A DNA stretch of 64,000 nucleotides from positions 34,224,001 to 34,288,000 of the forward strand of contig CM060731.1 in assembly GCA_030704615.1 (NCBI GenBank), read 5' to 3'. This DNA comes from Takakia lepidozioides (Eukaryota > Plantae > Bryophyta). The position numbers were made by a program, and so were the translations under genes. A model generated the notes under the pieces. The model saw nothing but the letters and a program-made list of their open reading frames with translations. It was not told the origin of the DNA and did not search any database. Numbering within the stretch: position 1 is the first letter of the stretch; each line of letters begins with the position of its first letter. Below, piece by piece: positions 60,000-64,000 of the stretch.

Positions 60000-62900
60000 A
60001 GAAAAAGATTAGAATGTCGGATAAATCCCCAGAAGAGGAGATGGAGCTCCGCGATATGCGGTGTGAGAGCGAGCTCCTCACCCAGCCTCCTTCGAAGCCA
60101 TCCATTTTTCTCACTAGTCCCTCTCACCTAAGTCCCACATCGATACCCAATCATACCCTCATCACAAGCGGTACCCTGCAAGCTCTCCCTAGTACCATAG
60201 TAATCGAAGAATCCATCATGAAACAACACCCCCCACGCTGAAGCCTCTCCAACCCTCGCCTCAGCTGTCTACCCGGCGAAAGCCTTCAAGTTCATCCCTC
60301 GGACAGATATGACAGCCATCATTTCATGTTTCTCCATATCCTCCTCTTAATGAACAGCCGCCTTTGTTCTGAACCATCCCCCAAATATCCCTGGCCAGCT
60401 CCCCATATCCAATCATTTTCAGCCTCCTGCCACTAATCTTAAAAGCTCAGCCAGCCTCTGAAAATAGTCTCCAAGTAGCCGTCGCAATCACTAAACTCTC
60501 CCTTGTGTAGCCCAGCTTGCAGCTATCGCTGATCCTCAGCTGCGCTCCTTCGTGGCTTTCCTCAACAGCCATCGCGTCCTCCAAAGTATCCTAACCTCGA
60601 TTCATCGCCCTCGCTAGTTGCTCCCTTCCTCGCTGTTAAGCTTGAATTTCTCCTACACCTCCTTCCCCTCCTCCGCCCTGCTCACTGCAGCCCTACAGCC
60701 CGCCTCCCATCAATGGCTCACCAGCTCAACAGACCCTTCAAATCAGCCCAGGCAAAGCAAGGTCTCACATCTTACATTGACCCAAGACGGTTCCACCTCT
60801 CCACTGGCACATGCTACTTCATGGCACACCAAGTCCAGTCCTTGGGCTTAATCCGCCAGGGTCGCTCCCAGGCCCACCAGCCACTAATTTGCTTATGTGC
60901 TTCATGCAACTGGTCCTGCTCGAGGCCTGCTTCAATCAAATGTCCCTTGGCCAACTGCAAAGCAGCTTTTGTGTCCTCCAACTCTTGCTGTAACTTGAGA
61001 TTGACCTCCTCATCTACCTTGTTAGCACACTCAGTGGCAATTCGAGCCTCAAACTCCTTCCTGAGTTCCTCCCTCAAAGCTGCCAATTGGGTAGATGGAA
61101 CATGGGATTTCACATAAGTGCCCAACAAATTAAGTGTTCTGCTTATGGAACTCATAAGCATGGCCTGCTGAGGGTCATCATGGTGAACTTGTTGCTGTTC
61201 TCCCTGATCCTCCACAATGTGATGCCTCACCAACCATTCAGGCCATTGCCCCACCGGATTCTCTTCCTGAACCACCTCATCCTCCACAGGTACTGCAGGT
61301 GTCTTGATATTCTACCCCTGGTACCTCCATCACAGGTGTGGGTATTACATGCACAACAGGGTTTTCCCTGGACAACCGCTGCACCTTTGGAACCACTGAT
61401 TCCCTTACCAAGCCAGAGTTTTCATAGAGAAGGTCACCCTTCTCAATTTCGGCCATGACCTGCTCTGTAGTGGGAATGTCCAACCTTTCTCCTTCCAGAG
61501 CAATTGGGGGTGAAGTCACAGCATGTACTAACTGTGGAACCTCTAAAACAACTGAGTCAATTGGTTTTGGTGGCTGTGGTATCGAATTGACTTCCTCTTC
61601 CCTCTCCGAAGGCCATGCTTCCAATAATAACAGCCTTCTGTGCTGCTGTGCCCCATCCTAAAGTAATTACCCTCCACATCTATTGGCAGTTTGACAAATT
61701 GCGGGAGAATATCCTCATCCGGCATCATCAAGACAAATTTGGCATTTCCAGTTTCATGAAGGCGAGAAGCAATAGTCACTCATTTCCATGCTGGGTCCTA
61801 TCTTAGGTTGTGTGTACACATTTGGGGGTCAAAGACAGCCAAGCATCCAAGATAGACCCGAAATGGTTTGCAATGTCTGCCAAGTTCACCAAATACTGAT
61901 CTGGGATCTTTCGGACTAAGACGATGCGGGGGCCCCGCAGCTTTCCATTCCTGTTCCCCATCCTAGGAGACCACGGAAATATGTTGACATTAAACCCCAT
62001 AGTATGAGGGTTAAACAACAAAACCTCATTAACAGCCTCTTTTGTTTCAAAGATGATAGAGAAAAACCCCATTCCTTTGGCATGGCAGAACAGCTGCCTC
62101 AATTCTCCATTACCGCCAAGGTGTCTAATGGCCCAATCCCTGACTGTTGCCCTATCCATTTTTTTCCCCGGAAAGTGAATGAGGATACCTGTCTCTTCCA
62201 TTGTTGTGACTCTTCTTTGCAGTTCTGAGATGTTCATATTGATCATGGGGTAGTCCTTGTCCAGATCATCTTGATTAAGAGCGCTCTCTTCTTCCCAGTC
62301 TGCTGGTGGTTCCTCCAAAATTGGAGGGTTTGGAAAGTTCGGAATGAAGGAGTTTAGCCTGGGCATTTTGAGAAGTGGTTGGGGAGGAGAGAGAGGGTTG
62401 GTGGGAATGGGAGGGGAGGGATGTCTTACTGAACCATTGGCAGAAGCTATCCTGGATCGAGCTTGGTGTCCCATAAAAAAGCCCGTACCAGACAACGGGG
62501 TGGGTCTTCTGTGTTGACTCCGTTGCCCTCTGATGTTCCCACGAGTCGCCATCTTCTCGTTGTTACGCAACTGGTTGCTTCCGTGAGCCATAGTTAACAG
62601 ATGCGGAAAAAACAGAAGGTGTTTTAAGGACCCCGCTGGGTGTGAGGGATATGGAGCTTAAGAGAGGGGTTGGCGGAAGAAGTAGAGGAGGGGGGGTATA
62701 GGCGGGAAATGTCACTGTAGAAAGCGAACGGCTTAAAAGCTAAAGGCGGCTGTGGTGGGAGGATTAGGGATGATGCAGGTAACCGAGATGGAGATGAAAG
62801 GAAGCAAGGTGTTAGGATGAACACCGTAGAAGAAAGTATTGAAAGAGAACCAAACAAAAACTTCTAATGTGCATATCATTTGAAAGCTAGGCTTGGGAGT

Positions 62901-63016
62901 ATTTGCTATTTGATGCAAGTAAAGGAAGCAGGACGTCGATAGGATCTGATAGAGATGGAAGAAGTTTTCAGATGACCGTTGGAGGTTGTCTCGCAGCTCC
63001 GCCATCGCGCCCCCCT
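60000..63016 (-). mobile_element. LINE-3 5' UTR and ORF1 (DUF4283-like) joined at ~61657 to an unrelated degenerate E-rich coiled-coil ORF; no ORF2 seen
   Basis: 61803-62591 is homologous to 53136-53579 (GILIHFPGKK...GFNVNIFPWS). Similarity to LINE-1 ORF1 ends after LPIDVEGNYF. G-rich start at ~63016. Confidence 0.65.
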
Positions 63017-63225
63017 TTCACTTATATTAAAGATCTATAAAAAATAAATATAATAAGATCTGTAAAAAATAAAGATCAAGATATGTTACTATTAAACCAG
63101 AGTGTCTGAATAAGAGAGAGAGCAGCTAGGGTTTCACCTTAGGGTTCAATCGTGAGCTTGTTTTGCTTAGGGTTTGGTACCTTGAGGACTGGAGGAGCAC
63201 GGTAGAGTTTGGATGCCGGGTCTTG

Positions 63226-63895
63226 ATGGGTGCAAACAGTAAGCGGTTTCGGAAGCGGGCAGCGAGTGACAGTGACGACAAATCTGCAGATGAAGACGAG
63301 ATTCGGTAAGGTGCCAGGGCCATTTTCAAGGTCATTGTAGTGATTGTTCCTCCCTTGTTTTGAAGATGGCTGGGAATCACACTTGCCTGATTGTACAGAT
63401 CGACACTGGAGGAAGTGAGGTTTCTGCAGAAGCGGAGGGAGCGGCGGGCAGGTGTGGTTGCCAACCAGCTTGCGCAACCGTTGGGCACAGCTCCCAAAGT
63501 CCCCGAGAAGGGTGATGGCGAGGGAGAAGAAGAGCTGGTGTTGCAAGACACCTTTGCTCAGGAAACGGCTGTCACCGTAGAAGACCCCAACATGTAAGTT
63601 GTTTTGTCACTCAAGAGTGGTTATTTCAGGGCGGATACCCTATATACGGGGCTGCTCAACGTGCTTTTCTCCGGAGCGCTGACAATTGCTTGGCAGTAAC
63701 GAAAATGATATCACGATGAAAGAAAACTGTACTTGTAGATGTTCCTTCTCACTACTTATGTCACCCTTACATTTCAACAGGTTGAAGTACATTGAGCAGG
63801 AACTTGCGAAGAAGAGAGGGAGGGAATTGGGCATCGCAGTAGAGGAGGTTAAACCTGCAGAAGACGACCTGTACGTTATTCCTGAGCATCTTAAG
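63226..63895 (+). CDS. CSU2: COP1 SUPPRESSOR 2 / Hep_59 (C9orf78/Tls1-like) protein, first three exons; continues beyond the window
   Basis: Exons 63226-63305, 63399-63593, 63781-63895 with GT-AG introns give MGANSKRFRKR...LEEVRFLQKRRER...LVLQDTFAQETAV...EDPNMLKYIEQELAKKRG...EDDLYVIPEHLK. Telo-box (TAGGGTTT) at ~63127. Confidence 0.92.
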
Positions 63896-64000
63896 GTACT
63901 GTATGAGTCGGAAGACTACTTGTCGTTGTTGGCTGAAATTGATCCAACTATCAAACTATCTAGGGTCTCATAAGTCACAAAATCTGTGCAGTTTTTTCTG

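Overview
Repeat-rich nuclear DNA from a plant; the TE repertoire suggests a non-seed plant such as a bryophyte (inference). Host genes: an acidic type-II membrane-like protein (minus, runs off the left edge), a bulb-type (GNA) lectin, a two-exon LYR-motif gene and the first three exons of a CSU2/Hep_59 (C9orf78-like) gene. The rest is nested TEs. The standout is a Ty3/gypsy-like family present in two copies (8254-15625 and 25201-50485, both minus, both with 4-bp TSDs). Its termini are split rather than canonical (5' B ... PPT-A'-B-A 3'). It has no tRNA PBS but a 15-nt PBS complementary to its own LTR, which suggests self-priming. It carries a DNMT3-like C5 methyltransferase after the protease and a PHD finger at the end of integrase. 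In the second copy the A+B unit has expanded to 11 near-identical 511-bp tandem copies. That copy sits inside an L1-type LINE and itself contains an 11.7-kb CACTA element whose TnpA-like gene carries an FCP1/NIF phosphatase-like domain. Also present: a Dualen/RandI-like (RNase H + RLE) LINE fragment, a 5'-inverted L1, an ORF1-only LINE chimera, Helitron-like repeats and a tRNA-derived SINE. All domain calls are by eye, without database searches.
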